Part shown: piece by piece, positions 1-12,029 of the stretch | Position numbering within the stretch: the first letter of the stretch is position 1 | How the letters are laid out: each line of letters opens with the position of its first letter | NCBI GenBank assembly: GCA_903813345.2 | Contig: CAIIXF020000001.1 | Coordinates: 6,386,001 to 6,450,000 of the forward strand | DNA: 64,000 nt | Origin: Owenia fusiformis | Taxonomy: Eukaryota | Direction: 5' to 3' | Position numbers and translations under genes: made by a program | The notes under the pieces: model-generated | What the model was told of the DNA's origin: nothing | Database searches by the model: none | What the model saw: the letters and a program-made list of their open reading frames with translations, nothing else

Positions 1-169
1 AAGTGACTAGACCAAAGCAAGCATGTTTGAGATTTTAATGATTTTAAATAAATTACCACTTCATTATTTGCTTTTAGACATTCAATCAGTTTTATTTGTC
101 CAACAAACCATATTCACAATTGTTCAATCCAACGAAGATTAGGGGATAAGCTATAGAGACCCCTCCATT

Positions 170-690
170 TGTCCGTCCATCCATCCTTCAACTAGACAAC
201 ATCAACACCAAAGTGTAGCAAATCCCATCGAATAGCAATGGCTGGCATTTTTTTTACAAACAAAGCATGCAGCAAAAATGGCAGCCATTTTTCAAAATGG
301 CCACCTTCTACCAAAAGTGTCATTAGACAGTGTGCCACGCTTATAGTATTCACGCATCAAATATGAACAAAATCGCTCTACTACTTTTCGAGTTATAGTA
401 AAATACGTTAAAATGACGGCCATTTTTTCAAAATGGCTGCCTTCTACCAAAAGTGTCATTAGACAGTGTGCCATGCCTATAGTATTCACATACCAAATAT
501 GAACAAAATCGCTCCACTACTTTTCGTGTTATAGTAAAATACGTTAAAATGGCCGCCTTCTACCAGAAGAGTCATTAGACAGTGTGCCATGCTTATAGTA
601 TTCATATACCAAATATGAACAAAATCGCTTGACTACTTTTCGAGTTACAGCAAAAATCGTAAAATAATGAGTAAAGGCGGCCATAGTTCA
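170..690. repeat. Three ~130-bp tandem units preceded by a GTCC/ATCC microsatellite; Helentron/HINE (pearl-like) non-autonomous element remnant
   Basis: Unit 'aaaatggccgccttctaccaaaagtgtcattagacagtgtgcca...ccaaatatgaacaaaatcgct...ttttcgagttatagtaaaatacgtt' occurs three times (~295, ~430, ~547); 'gtccgtccatccatcc' at 171-186. Family label is inferred from architecture only. Confidence 0.55.
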
Positions 691-2178
691 AGTCTTTGAA
701 GCAAATGATTCTAAAAGTACAACATATCTTTGAAAAAATATCATTCTGTTAAGTGAAATCGTAAAAAATATTTTGCAATGTGTGAAATTGAATTAAAGCA
801 CATGATTCAATGAATAGTGGATGCTTCAATTCACTTATGTCTTCTAGTCTAGGCTTTGAATTCGGACTACCACCCTCGTTCATAGTCTAGAATCAGGACA
901 TATGTTAAATTTAATCATCTACAATGCATTGAGTCATTGGCTTAAATCCTATAATATAATATGCCTATCAATATAATATGTAATTATTTAAGTATCATCT
1001 CAATGCTTTAATTTTAATAGAATTATTTTAATATTTTACTAATATTAATATGTAGTTTGCATTACTGTTGATAAATAAATAAATGATTGCACTGTTCAGT
1101 AAAGAAATATAGCAATTGTATTATTTAAACTGACTATACACTATAGAAATGATTTTCATTGAAAAATCAAATCAGTACCAAAATTATGGTTACCCTGTAG
1201 TAGTGAAAGGCACATTAGAAATGAATATCACCCCCTTCAATCTATTTTTACAGGTTTTTATGATTATTTCAGATTTTTCTATAGTTTGCGTAACCAGGAC
1301 GGTGAATTTTCTTCATTTTTCATCAAACATTTCGTCTTACCAATATTTATTATATCTGTCAATTTTATCAAAATCGCGCCGCTACGTTTGAAAATAATTC
1401 AAATTATGTAGTTTTTCCCATTGAGCTCCATTATAAAAATGAAATTTTCAAACTTAATGTTTTAAAATTCTACGTGGTGAAAAGTTGCATATTGAGTAGT
1501 TAGTTAATGTTATGGTGTTAAAAATTCAAAACAAAAAGGAATAAAGAAAAAATGCCACAGAGAAGTCTCAATAGAGTCTCTTTAAATGTAATTTTAGGAG
1601 ACAGAAATTATTATTTTATTAATACATTACTTGTTTAATTTGATCATGAAATTTTTTTGGGGTGTCCATCGGCCATATTGGCATTTCCGAAAAGTTTGAA
1701 AAATAAAGTCTAGAAAGATTTGAGATTTTAAGGTATGTACGCTAAATCAGCTAAGTATTTGCAAAAATATACAAAGCTTATAGTATAAGGTTTATCAGAT
1801 TTAACATTTTTTGTAGTACCTTGTGTCATTGAAGAGTTACAGAGTCGGTAAATATTTGAATTTTTCATTTCATTCCATTTCGTCGAGTTTTGATGGGTAG
1901 ATGTTTTGCAGGGCTTATATCGTCATTAAGCATCTGTCAGCTCGTGCTTTTTTTGTTTCTTTTCAATTGAGAAGTATTTTTACTCCATATTGAGCGAGTT
2001 TGGGGGCTTTTTGAACAAGGATCTTGTAAAAAACTTTGTTTTGATTTCATTTTTTTTTCAGGTCTAGATGTTTGTTGGCATCCTTATAGATTCGTCTGTT
2101 GTGTGAGATTGGGGGAGGGCCGAAGGTCGTTAGGGCCCAAAAAGGACTTAATACAACTTCCTGTGGAAAAATCATGGC

Positions 2179-2395
2179 CAGGGTGCACTTTGGATTCTTT
2201 TTGCAAATTTAAAAAGTAAGCCACTGGATATTCTAGTTATTCAAACATTCTGAAGAATTATCAACCCTCAATTTATAGTCTAGGTAGACTGATGCATCTG
2301 TTGTGCAAGAATGAAATATGTTGATGATGTTTGGAATGAGTTATGTTTATCTGAAAATAGCACATGGTCATGAAATTTCATCAAAGTGCACCCTG
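2179..2395. mobile_element. Small MITE-like element with 14-bp terminal inverted repeats
   Basis: cagggtgcactttg (2179) ... caaagtgcaccctg (2395); no clear TSD. Confidence 0.45.
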
Positions 2396-3156
2396 ACCTT
2401 AATCTAGTATGCTACTGCTAGACTGTCTACTACTTTTTTCATGGCCTGACTGCGTTGGTAGAATTTGAAAGAGCTACCTGAAGATTGGGAATCTTATTTA
2501 CCTCATTTAGAAGGAAACCCGATCACCTTTGTTGCGTCAACCATTGAGCATTTAGCACTATTAATATTATGTAAGTATAAGTATGATGTACTTATCATAC
2601 TTCACATCATCATACATATCATATTAATTGTATGACTTGAACGAGACCAATGTTACTGCTACCGGGTGGAATCAGACCTACATGCTTTACTATTTATACA
2701 TGTTATTTCTGTTTTGAAAAATTCAATATGAGATTATAGTATTTGCGATTTTATCTTTACATCGTCATTTCAATCACCGTCAACAGTTTTCGAATAAGTT
2801 ACCTTGAAATATCAAGACGGCATGCTATTCTCATACTTATAGAACTTAATATTACTGTCATTCATCATTTATCAAGCAGTAAAAAATTAACTTGCATCAT
2901 GAGTGACAAAATGTTTCTACTTTCCTGGTGAATGCGTGAGGTGTATCAACAAAAAATTTGCTTTGGAGAGAAAATCTAAGTTTTAGGCCGTTTTAGGTCA
3001 CCTTACAAATCAAAAGCAATAGTAGATCATATATTAGGCTATTTAGAACACATTCATTCAAAATTTAGCCATAGTGCAGTGGCAAAAATAGTACAATTTG
3101 ACTCTGAAAACCCAAAAATTTTGGCGGACATTTTTCAAATTTCAAGGTCATCCACT

Positions 3157-6100
3157 ATGCTTACCGGCAGCATCATCTTGACCATCTTCCTTTGGAGATT
3201 CGTGTACTCAGACCATCATGTACTTACATCTGATCCAATAGATTATAACCTACTTTCACCTAATTTCATTGGTTTTGTACCACATAGTGAAGTTCCTTCG
3301 TGGTGCCAACTTTGTATCCGTCAAAATACAAGTGCTGCCCCTTTTCCTAGAGCCACTGGCTTCATCTACTATATATTGCTTGCCCTCTCAGGAGACACCC
3401 ATCAAAATCCAGGCCCAGTCAAATACCCTTGCGGCTCGTGCTCAAAAGCAGTACGCTGGAATTCGAAGGGAGTCTGTTGCGACCACTGCGATCAATGGTT
3501 TCATACTAAGTGTATCGGTATGGGTGATGAAATGTATAACCAGGCGGCAAATCACTCGTTTCAATGCGGTACATGCGGTCTCCCTAGCTTTAATTCTTCT
3601 TTATTCTCAAACTCATTTAATGGTATTGATACAGAATCCCTCAATTCCTCATCTACTTCCATACCAGGATCTCCCCTAAATGCATCTTCCCCCACTACAG
3701 CCAGGCCTCAACATCGAAAATATTCTCCACCCAATTGCTTACGAGTAATTAACATAAATTTCCAAAGCCTCACCGCCAAAAAGGCGTCTTTTCTCAATGT
3801 CGTTGATTCAATCAAACCTGATATCATCATAGGTACAGAGACATGGCTCAAACCTCAAATACTGAGCAGCGAAGCTATTCCACCAAACTTCGAAACATTT
3901 CGGAAAGACCGCCCGGATGGCCATGGGGGAGTGCTTGTTTCAATATCCAAGGCACTCATTAGCTCACAGATTCCCCTGCAAACCACAAGTGAGCTTGTTG
4001 CAGTCAAGGTGAAACAGCATAAGGCCAAACAACCCCTAATCATAGTTGGTGCTTATCGACCAACCAACAATGACATAGATAATTCCCAGGAGATGTGTCG
4101 TTGTTTAAGTACCCTAGCGTCTGCCCATCCGAACGCTACACTTTGGGTTGCTGGTGATTTCAATCTCCCAGATATAAATTGGCCTACAAACACCATTGAA
4201 GGCAACCAATATCTTAAGTCCATCAATGAGATTTTTCTTGGGCTTTTTCCGGACATTGGTGTCGAACAGCTAGTCGATTTTCCAACTCGTATGGCAAATA
4301 CATTAGATCTCTTTGCCACTAATCGACCAAGTTTGGTTCACAGCTGTAAGACCATCCCAGGCATAAGTGACCATGACATTGTCCAGATTGACACCAACAC
4401 ACAAGCAACACGTCAACGTCCGGTAAAGCGCCTGATATATCTCTGGAAGAGAGCAGACATGGACACCCTTAAAACCGATGTAGCAACTTTTGCCAAAAGC
4501 TTTTGTGAGAAGTGTGACATCTCCACTCCCATACAAGACCTTTGGGATGAACTTTCAAAAGCTTGTAACCGCTTTATGGCAAAGAGCGTACCATCTAAGA
4601 TGACGTCGTCACGCTTTGACCAGCCCTGGATAACAACAACTGTGAAACAGCTATCACATCGGAAGAAGCGTGCATACAACCGTGCCCGGAAATCCAAACG
4701 CTCGCAGGACTGGAACTATTATCGTTCAGTGAAGAACAAGTCCCAGCGAGAATGCAAAAAAGCATATAACACCTATTTGGATGGCTTGGTGGGTGACGGT
4801 TGTAACAAACGCTTCTTTAGCTTTATTAAGTCCAAGAAATGTGACAACTCAGGTGTGGCCCCTTTGAAGCGTGATGGCACAACATTCAGCTCAAGTAAAG
4901 CCAAGGCAGAGGTGCTCAATGACCAATTTGTGTCAGTTTTTACTCATGAGCCAGAAGGTGCCATTCCCAACAAAGGCCCTTCTCCCCATCCTAGAATGCC
5001 GAATATCAGTATTCATGTTGATGGAGTGCTCAAACAACTTAAGACCTTAAAACCACACAAAGCCACCGGACCGGACAACATATCAGCACAATTCCTGAAG
5101 ATGACAGCAAGTGAGATTGCACCAGCGATTAGCCTGATCTTCCAGGCTTCCCTTAATCAGGGCAAGATCCCAAAAGTCTGGAAAGATGCTAACATTGTAG
5201 CCCTTTTCAAAAAGGGTGATCGATCGTTGGCATCTAATTACAGGCCAGTCTCACTTACATCAATATGCTGTAAAGTTCTTGAACACATCATCTTCAGCGA
5301 GACAATGAAACACCTGGAAACAAACAAAATTCTCACCAACTTCCAACATGGGTTTCGGGCTGAGAGATCCTGTGAAACGCAGCTGATCGTAACCATCCAC
5401 GACCTTGCAAGAGAACTGAATAACGGAGATCAAGCTGATGCAATCTTGCTTGACTTCTCCAAGGCTTTTGATAAAGTCCCACACAGAAGGCTGCTCCATA
5501 AACTTCAGTTCTATGGCATTACAGGATCAACCCATGCTTGGATCAAAGACTTCCTCACAGATCGAACACAGTGTGTTGTCCTTGATGGTGAACAGTCCAA
5601 ATCAGCTCCAGTAACATCGGGAGTGCCCCAAGGGACTGTTTTAGGACCACTGTTATTCCTTGCATACATCAATGACCTGCCAGAGGCTGTAACTTCTACC
5701 ACTCGCCTCTTTGCAGATGATTGCTTGATGTATCGCAGAGTGAAATCTGAGATGGATGCGAAGAGACTCCAACAAGACCTGGACACTCTACAAAGATGGG
5801 AGGATTCTTGGTTGATGCGATTCAACCCAGACAAATGTGAGGTACTACACATATCCAAGAAAAGATCACCTCGTTTACACCAGTACTGCATCCATGACCA
5901 ACCGTTATGTGCAGTGGACACTGCTAAGTACTTAGGTGTAAACATCAGTAACACCTTATCTTGGAATCCGCACGTGTCTGCCATCACCAAGAAAGCCAAC
6001 TCCACCCTGGGCTTCCTCCGTCGTAACATCAGCTCCTGCCCCAGCAATGTGAGGAAACAAGCATACACCACCTTTGTTAGACCACAGCTGGAATATGCCT

Positions 6101-6519
6101 CTTCCGTATGGTCCCCTTACACGAAGAAGGCAATCGGGCAGGTGGAGGGAGTACAGCGACGAGCAGCCAGATTTATAACACAAGATTACAGACAAACCAG
6201 CAGCCCTACCACCATGCTGAGGAATCTGCAGCTGCCACCACTACAAGACAGACGTAATTTGACAAGAGTAGTCATGCTTTACAAGATAGTCCACCATAAG
6301 GTAGCCATTCCACCAGCGGCATACCTCGAGCCAGTAGGATCTGTGACCAGGGGTCACAACCTACGCTACCTTGTCCCATCCTCAAGAGTAGATTTACATC
6401 TTTACTCATTTTTCCCTGCAACCATACGACTATGGAACCTTCTTCCAGCAAATGTAGCCATGATCGATTCCCTGGAAATTTTTAAGAAGGAGGCAGGGAG
6501 TGTGATGCTTTCGTACTAA
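3157..6519 (+). CDS. LINE polyprotein: 2A-like peptide + PHD finger + APE endonuclease + reverse transcriptase (CR1/L2/RTEX-type non-LTR retrotransposon)
   Basis: Uninterrupted ORF; first ATG at 3157. LLALSGDTHQNPGP at 3376-3417; C4HC3 PHD finger CGSC...CCDHCDQWFHTKC...CGTC; APE motifs NINFQS, GTETWL, AYRP, GDFNLP, LDLF, SDHD; RT motifs YRPVSL, QHGFR, LLDFSKAFD, GVPQGTVLGP, FADD, KYLGV; C-terminal SFFPATIRLWNLLP. Confidence 0.95.
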   Translation: MLTGSIILTIFLWRFVYSDHHVLTSDPIDYNLLSPNFIGFVPHSEVPSWCQLCIRQNTSAAPFPRATGFIYYILLALSGDTHQNPGPVKYPCGSCSKAVRWNSKGVCCDHCDQWFHTKCIGMGDEMYNQAANHSFQCGTCGLPSFNSSLFSNSFNGIDTESLNSSSTSIPGSPLNASSPTTARPQHRKYSPPNCLRVININFQSLTAKKASFLNVVDSIKPDIIIGTETWLKPQILSSEAIPPNFETFRKDRPDGHGGVLVSISKALISSQIPLQTTSELVAVKVKQHKAKQPLIIVGAYRPTNNDIDNSQEMCRCLSTLASAHPNATLWVAGDFNLPDINWPTNTIEGNQYLKSINEIFLGLFPDIGVEQLVDFPTRMANTLDLFATNRPSLVHSCKTIPGISDHDIVQIDTNTQATRQRPVKRLIYLWKRADMDTLKTDVATFAKSFCEKCDISTPIQDLWDELSKACNRFMAKSVPSKMTSSRFDQPWITTTVKQLSHRKKRAYNRARKSKRSQDWNYYRSVKNKSQRECKKAYNTYLDGLVGDGCNKRFFSFIKSKKCDNSGVAPLKRDGTTFSSSKAKAEVLNDQFVSVFTHEPEGAIPNKGPSPHPRMPNISIHVDGVLKQLKTLKPHKATGPDNISAQFLKMTASEIAPAISLIFQASLNQGKIPKVWKDANIVALFKKGDRSLASNYRPVSLTSICCKVLEHIIFSETMKHLETNKILTNFQHGFRAERSCETQLIVTIHDLARELNNGDQADAILLDFSKAFDKVPHRRLLHKLQFYGITGSTHAWIKDFLTDRTQCVVLDGEQSKSAPVTSGVPQGTVLGPLLFLAYINDLPEAVTSTTRLFADDCLMYRRVKSEMDAKRLQQDLDTLQRWEDSWLMRFNPDKCEVLHISKKRSPRLHQYCIHDQPLCAVDTAKYLGVNISNTLSWNPHVSAITKKANSTLGFLRRNISSCPSNVRKQAYTTFVRPQLEYASSVWSPYTKKAIGQVEGVQRRAARFITQDYRQTSSPTTMLRNLQLPPLQDRRNLTRVVMLYKIVHHKVAIPPAAYLEPVGSVTRGHNLRYLVPSSRVDLHLYSFFPATIRLWNLLPANVAMIDSLEIFKKEAGSVMLSY

Positions 6520-6663
6520 GTGATGACGATTTTAAAACGATTTTAGACATTTTAATGCACACTCACACTACAATTGTATATACACCGCACGCAAGCACAC
6601 ATAGTACGAAATATCCTAAAGAGGAGTCTGTACTGTAATAGAAGAAGAAGAAGAAGAAGAAGA
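3157..6663 (+). mobile_element. Apparently intact non-LTR retrotransposon with short 3' UTR and (GAA)n tail; 5' boundary lies upstream of 3157 but is not resolved
   Basis: ORF as above; ~120-nt 3' UTR then agaagaagaag... at ~6640-6663; GC content higher than flanks; no TSD found. Confidence 0.85.
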
Positions 6664-7031
6664 ATGTCGAGTCTCACATCATACAAATTTAATTTTAGGC
6701 GGTCAGTCTGCATAGGATGGTATTATATAGTGACACTAAAAGGCTCAAATTTCATGTATGGTAGTTAATGATCTCCAGATGCCTGTCGTGTAGCAAGTCA
6801 AATACTGGACATGAAAGGGAGTGTGCTTAATTCAATGTCCCATGAGGGAATGAAACCCAGGACCTTCCACTCCATAGACTGATGCTCTTCACCTGAAAAC
6901 TTGTTTTCTTGTTTTCTTGGTGGTTCTTATTTTTGTATTGTACACTTATAACATATATTCTGATTACAAAAAAAACTAATTACAGTGAATATATTTGTAG
7001 GTTGGAATAATGGGGCAAAAATTAATTCAAA

Positions 7032-10000
7032 ATGACTGAGCCAGCAGAGAATGAAGCAGGTTGGACAACTTCCACATTCAGTTCTAGATCTGAACTTGAC
7101 AAGGCTTTTGATGAATATAAGGAGAAAACTGTTTCAAAATGGAGGAATGATTCTGTACAAACACAATTCCGTAAGTATTGGTGCAGTCTCCAGTTCTCAA
7201 TACAATTACAATGTACCTTTATCCTATCTTTTTTATGTATAGGAGGACTTGACATATATAAGATCAATACAAAAATTCTCTCTATCATATTCTATGTACA
7301 GAAAAGCAAATGCATTAGCGCTTCGCGTGCGGTGCGCTTCATGCATGGCCCATCCATATCCAAAAGTCCCTTGGCAGATCCTTCTGAAGCCCCTGTATTC
7401 AGTGATTTAGATACAAGCTCCCTGAAAATTTGAATCCAACTCTATTCAGTTCAGTTGTATAGCTATCAAAACGTGTTATCAGTGAAATGGCTAGTGATTT
7501 TAGTCCAAGTATATTTTTCACATTGATCACTGTTTCCATCTCCCTTGCAAAATAGGTCAACCATTAGAAGACATATTGGCTTCAGTTCTCGGCAAAGAGA
7601 GGTGGAATTTACGCTGGACCAACAATGCCGAAAAACTGGTAGTAGTTCCCTATGATGGCATTCCTTTCCTACATTGTGGGAAACGATCCTTTTGCTGCCA
7701 CCTTGGACCAGATAAAGACAAACACAAGAAAGAGAGAATGGTTGCAAAAAGACAAGAACGGGTAGGTGCATTCAATTTTAAAGGTTACTAACTGCAACTT
7801 AATTTTGACATATTAATGGCAATTATGCAATTTGCCAATTATCTGATTACGGAATTTGAAATTATTGAAAATATGACAAATAATAGAGCATTCACATTGT
7901 CAAATTCTCTTGATTCAAAAGTCTAAATTCACGTTTTTTTGGCCATTTTTGCATTGTCTAGTTACTTTTGATCATTAGGTTAGAGTCAAAAGTCAAATGA
8001 GAGTGCGGTATAAGGAAAACTGCTCCAAATCAACTCGCTAAAACACTTAAAATTTGTTGGGAATAAAAATTTGTTTGGATAGGATGAACAGCTTAAAGCA
8101 GATTTTAATTTTTGAAAAAGAAATATAAAGTATTTTTACACATCATTCAATATATGATCATTTTTCCACATTTCATTGGGATGCAAACATTGATCCAATC
8201 AAGACAACACTACATGTATTATAATGACTATTCAACCCTGATTCATGACATAATTTCAGTTGAACTGCTACACTTTACAGAATCCAAAAATATATTTTCA
8301 TGTTCAGGGACCAATTTTGAACTACAAGTATTATATATATTGCTGTCTATTGAAAAATAATCGGCCATGTTTTTCCAGTTTGCTGAACTTGATGACAATA
8401 ATAGGCCAAGCACTAGGAGACGACACACAAAGAAGATTGGATGCCCATCTAAAGTATATCAACTAAGAATTGTCAAATTTCCTGGATACAGTGTAAGTCC
8501 TCCCCTAGTACATCATTTACCATAACATTTCTTAAAGTCCCCATATCAAGTTTAAACTATTTTGGCTTATATTGTAGTCTTACCCACTGTTATCAAAATG
8601 TGAAAGTTTTTTTTAAATTTCAAAAAGTGATTTTTGAAGGATTTTTTGTTCGAAAAATCATGAATCGATTTAAAAGTTTCAAAAATTTTAATTTCAAAAT
8701 TTTAGTTCTCATAGAAACCAATGGTACAATAATATCTAAAACAATATAATCTTCCCTTTAACCTGGTTAGACAATCAACATTGGTTCATTTTTGAAGTTA
8801 GCATATTAGGAAAGATTGACATAGAAAAAAATTTCAAAAAGTTTTTGCTACCTGAGTGAGTCAGTGTAATACAAAAATATTTTCAAACTATACATGGGGA
8901 CTTTAAAGATATATTGTAGATTAAAAAAATGTTTGTTTCTTGAAAGCATGATAATAAACATTATATTATACCAAATACTTCCACATGGAAATGTAATTTT
9001 TGGATGGCAATATTTTATGCTGGTACATGTATTTTATCATTACTCTGCAGTAAAACCTGTCTAAGTGGAACACCTTTGGTACTTCTAAAATGTATTCCAC
9101 TTGGGAAACAGTCTACTAATAGAGGCTCATTTAAAATTAAGTGAGTTGGTCTTAAGATTCTGAAAAGTGTTCCACTGACAGAGGTGTTCCACTTCTTGAG
9201 GTGTTTCACTTTACAGGTTTTACTGTATTTGTAATATTTGGGTTTTCCTTAGCATATTTTGATAAGCATGATCTGTTTCTTAACATTTCCCTGTCGGAGT
9301 TTTTCTCTTTCATCAAGGAAACCATCCATTCATTTAACTTGTTGAATTGTGTATTTCAGGTAGAAAGGAATACTCCAACTGAAAGATATGCTGCTGCTAA
9401 AAGGTTCCGTAGGGATCTTACAAATGGGGGAGTTGAGATAGAAACTCAGGAATTGTTTTTTCTGAAAATTCCACCCGATCAGTTGCATCAGGGCCACCCT
9501 GTTGGGCTTCCCTATGTAAGTATTGTCCCATTAACAATATTGATCACTACTATTTCACCGTGTCTTATTTGAAGTACATGTATGTGCACCATAAGAGTTT
9601 GCCCAGAGGCTCAGAACAAGTTAGAGCTAATTTATTTTCTCCACCAAGTAGTGGGGCCATATTGTTACTGAATGTTAAATTTTTGTAATCATTTTCAATA
9701 GTTTACTAGATAGTGGCATTTTGTCATGCTAATGGCCTGTCTCATTTCAGGGACCTGTGTATGTGTTTTGTTTTAGAAACTGTGTGTGTCAACCCTGTAT
9801 ACTGAATGTATGTAATGAATTACAATTCTCCTAATGCTTTTCTTGATAGGCTATTTGGAAAATTATAGATTCCTCAAAAAATGGAGCGAAAACGTCCAGC
9901 AGTCCCAGCACCAAGAAAAAGTAGAAGCAAGAAAGCAAGAATGGAGAGGGAACAACAAAAACAAGAAAAACTCAAACAACAGCAGATGGTACATCAGCAA

Positions 10001-10138
10001 GGGCAACAACAACATTGGACAGTTTATCAACAACAACAATTGGCAGATAGAGCCATGTATCAAGAACAACAGGAATATTTTCTTCAAATTCCGGACACAG
10101 CAGATGATGTATTAAATGACGAAATTATATATGATGGT
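7032..10138 (+). CDS. CaRF/ALS2CR8-like (calcium-responsive transcription factor family) DNA-binding protein, spliced; last exon not resolved
   Basis: GT-AG exons in compatible phase: 7032-7170, 7556-7761, 8379-8492, 9360-9515, probably 9869-10138 (Q-rich). Joined peptide contains VPYDGIPFLHCG..FCCHLGPD, TKKIGCPSKVYQLRIVKFPGY and FFLKIPP..LHQGH, matching my recollection of CaRF-domain motifs (DGIPF; KKxxCPxxI...KFPxY; LPxxxxHxxH). Exon-5 acceptor is ambiguous (9850 vs 9869). Confidence 0.75.
8536..8902. mobile_element. Kolobok-like MITE (TTAA TSD, AG..CT termini) in CaRF-like intron 3
   Basis: ttaa|agtcccca ... tggggact|ttaa. Confidence 0.65.
9048..9225. mobile_element. Tc1/mariner-pogo-like MITE
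   Basis: TIR cagtaaaacctgt ... acaggttttactg|ta; internal gtggaacac/gtgttccac repeats; related copy at 44984-45137. Confidence 0.65.
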
Positions 10139-10214
10139 GTAAGTAGACTTTAATTACTTTACAATGTTAATATCCAAAATTGGTGAAAAAAAGTTGGTCT
10201 CTTCAGCATGTGGT

Positions 10215-10302
10215 CTTTGTACATGTACTGATTGCTACACTCATTTGTACATGTACTGAGTGCTACACTCATTTTGTACATGTACTGAGTGCTACACTCA
10301 TT
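10215..10302. repeat. Short tandem repeat, about 3 copies of a ~28-bp unit
   Basis: tttgtacatgtactgagtgctacactcat repeated three times. Confidence 0.8.
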
Positions 10303-12029
10303 TTGCCACCCTAGAATTGAATGTGCCATATTGAAGCTTATTTTCTTTTCATTAGCTTCTCTTGATATTATAAGCATATCTAGTTTATGAAAATTAATCC
10401 ACTTAAACTGATGAAAATTGAAGGTTAACAGAACTTTCTACTATATCTGCCATGTCATATGGCCTGAATTATCCACCTGATGGTAAAACTATCTCTGGTA
10501 CCTTAGTAATTATTTCACTGCTGTCAACTATTTCACTGCTCCAAATCATTTTGTTTATCTCTAATATAACCAGCTAACTGATAATTATTGAAATAAAAAC
10601 TATTCAAAAGATGGCAGTCAAGTAAATAACTAACCTTTGGGAATCACCTTGCATCTAGTTTCCTATAAATAACTCTCATCTTAAAGAGAGCTCATTGCTA
10701 AAAACATATTAACATTTCTGCTTCTACTCTTGAACTGAAGGATTGTACAGTATGTATCTAGCAAGTACTTGTCCATATTATTTTAACGCATTTCACATAA
10801 TGATAATTACTGTAATGGGTACTTTTCAAATCTTTTTTGAATCAAAGTACTATAGCACTTTATGGAGGATGTGTGAGCTACTGGAGGTGGTGTCGTTTTT
10901 GAAACCTTGTGAATGAAGGTGTTTTTCTTGGGATCTATATTGTAGGAAGGACTAGTAGTTAAGACAGATTTGATCAGGAATCACAATTTCTGCTCCATCT
11001 TGGTCTTGTTTTTTGATGAAATTTGCATTTTCAACAAGTTGGCAAAATCTTGATTTCCTGTTAAAATTCGTTGATAAAATATACATTTCTGTACATATGA
11101 GGATGTGTCTTTGGGAAATACAAAATTGCAATTAACTTATACTAATTACATATAAGTTGCATAAGTTGCATAATGTGAGTCCTTTCACTTATGAGCAAAA
11201 TCTCTCTATTAACTTCTCAATCTATTACGACTTGATTTCCCGCTAGCTTAAGATAGTTTGAATGGGCCAACATATCAACCACCTTCTTCAATTTTAGTTC
11301 TGTTTTATGCTGATTGGTGTTCCTGGCTTGTGTCCAGAGCAAACTGCTCTGCAAACATTTTCATAGATTGCAATTTTCCAATACAATGAGTTGAAAATAA
11401 TATTTCCATTTGCCTTTAACTTGAAATGAATCAAAAGTAGGGAGATCGAGTATACTTAAAACCTATTGTATAAAAAATTGAAAAGTCTAATAATGTTTAT
11501 TTCAGTTACTATTAAGTCTGATATATTACTGTACGTACATGTACTCGTTCTTAATATGATATTGCTATTCATGATCAGTTATCCTCAATACAGTGCACCA
11601 TGGACCTACATAACTCTTTGGAACTTATATCCTTTACAAAAACAAAGGAATAAAACTTGAAATACTGCATTTATTGGTTTTGTGTTCATAAAGTGTTCAT
11701 TGGTACATATGTAAGTTACCTTTTTGTTGTTTTGATAAGCGGGTTTACTTTGAAATGATGGAACTTCCTATAGACCAACATGTTTTTAGTATAAGTTCTA
11801 TAAGATATTGTTTCAGGTAAGTGGAAAGATCATGATGGCTGAGGTTTCTACTTCCATGTTATCGTGTTACTCAAATATTTTTAGCATGATTTATATTTTA
11901 TTACGAACAATGTACATTGGAACTTTACTGAGTTAAATATCAAAAAGAGAGAGATTTTCCCAATAGTTCAAGGAATATATTTTATTTTTCAGCTTACAAA
12001 AGGCCCAAAGTTTTTGTTTATAAATAATA

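Noticed and set aside
3079-3156. GTG start of the 1146-aa ORF
   Set aside because: Eukaryotic context; the first ATG at 3157 is the more plausible start.
3269-6195. Overlapping alternative-frame and antisense ORFs within the LINE
   Set aside because: Shadow ORFs of a higher-GC coding region with no recognisable motifs.
2900-6680. Target-site duplication for the LINE
   Set aside because: The sequence after the (GAA)n tail (tgtcgagtctcac) has no match upstream of the ORF, so the 5' boundary is left undefined.
11504-11655. Possible terminal exon of the CaRF-like gene (acceptor near 11503, AATAAA near 11649)
   Set aside because: The peptide LLLSLIYYCTYMYSFLI* looks non-coding and alternative acceptors exist; not supportable without RNA data.
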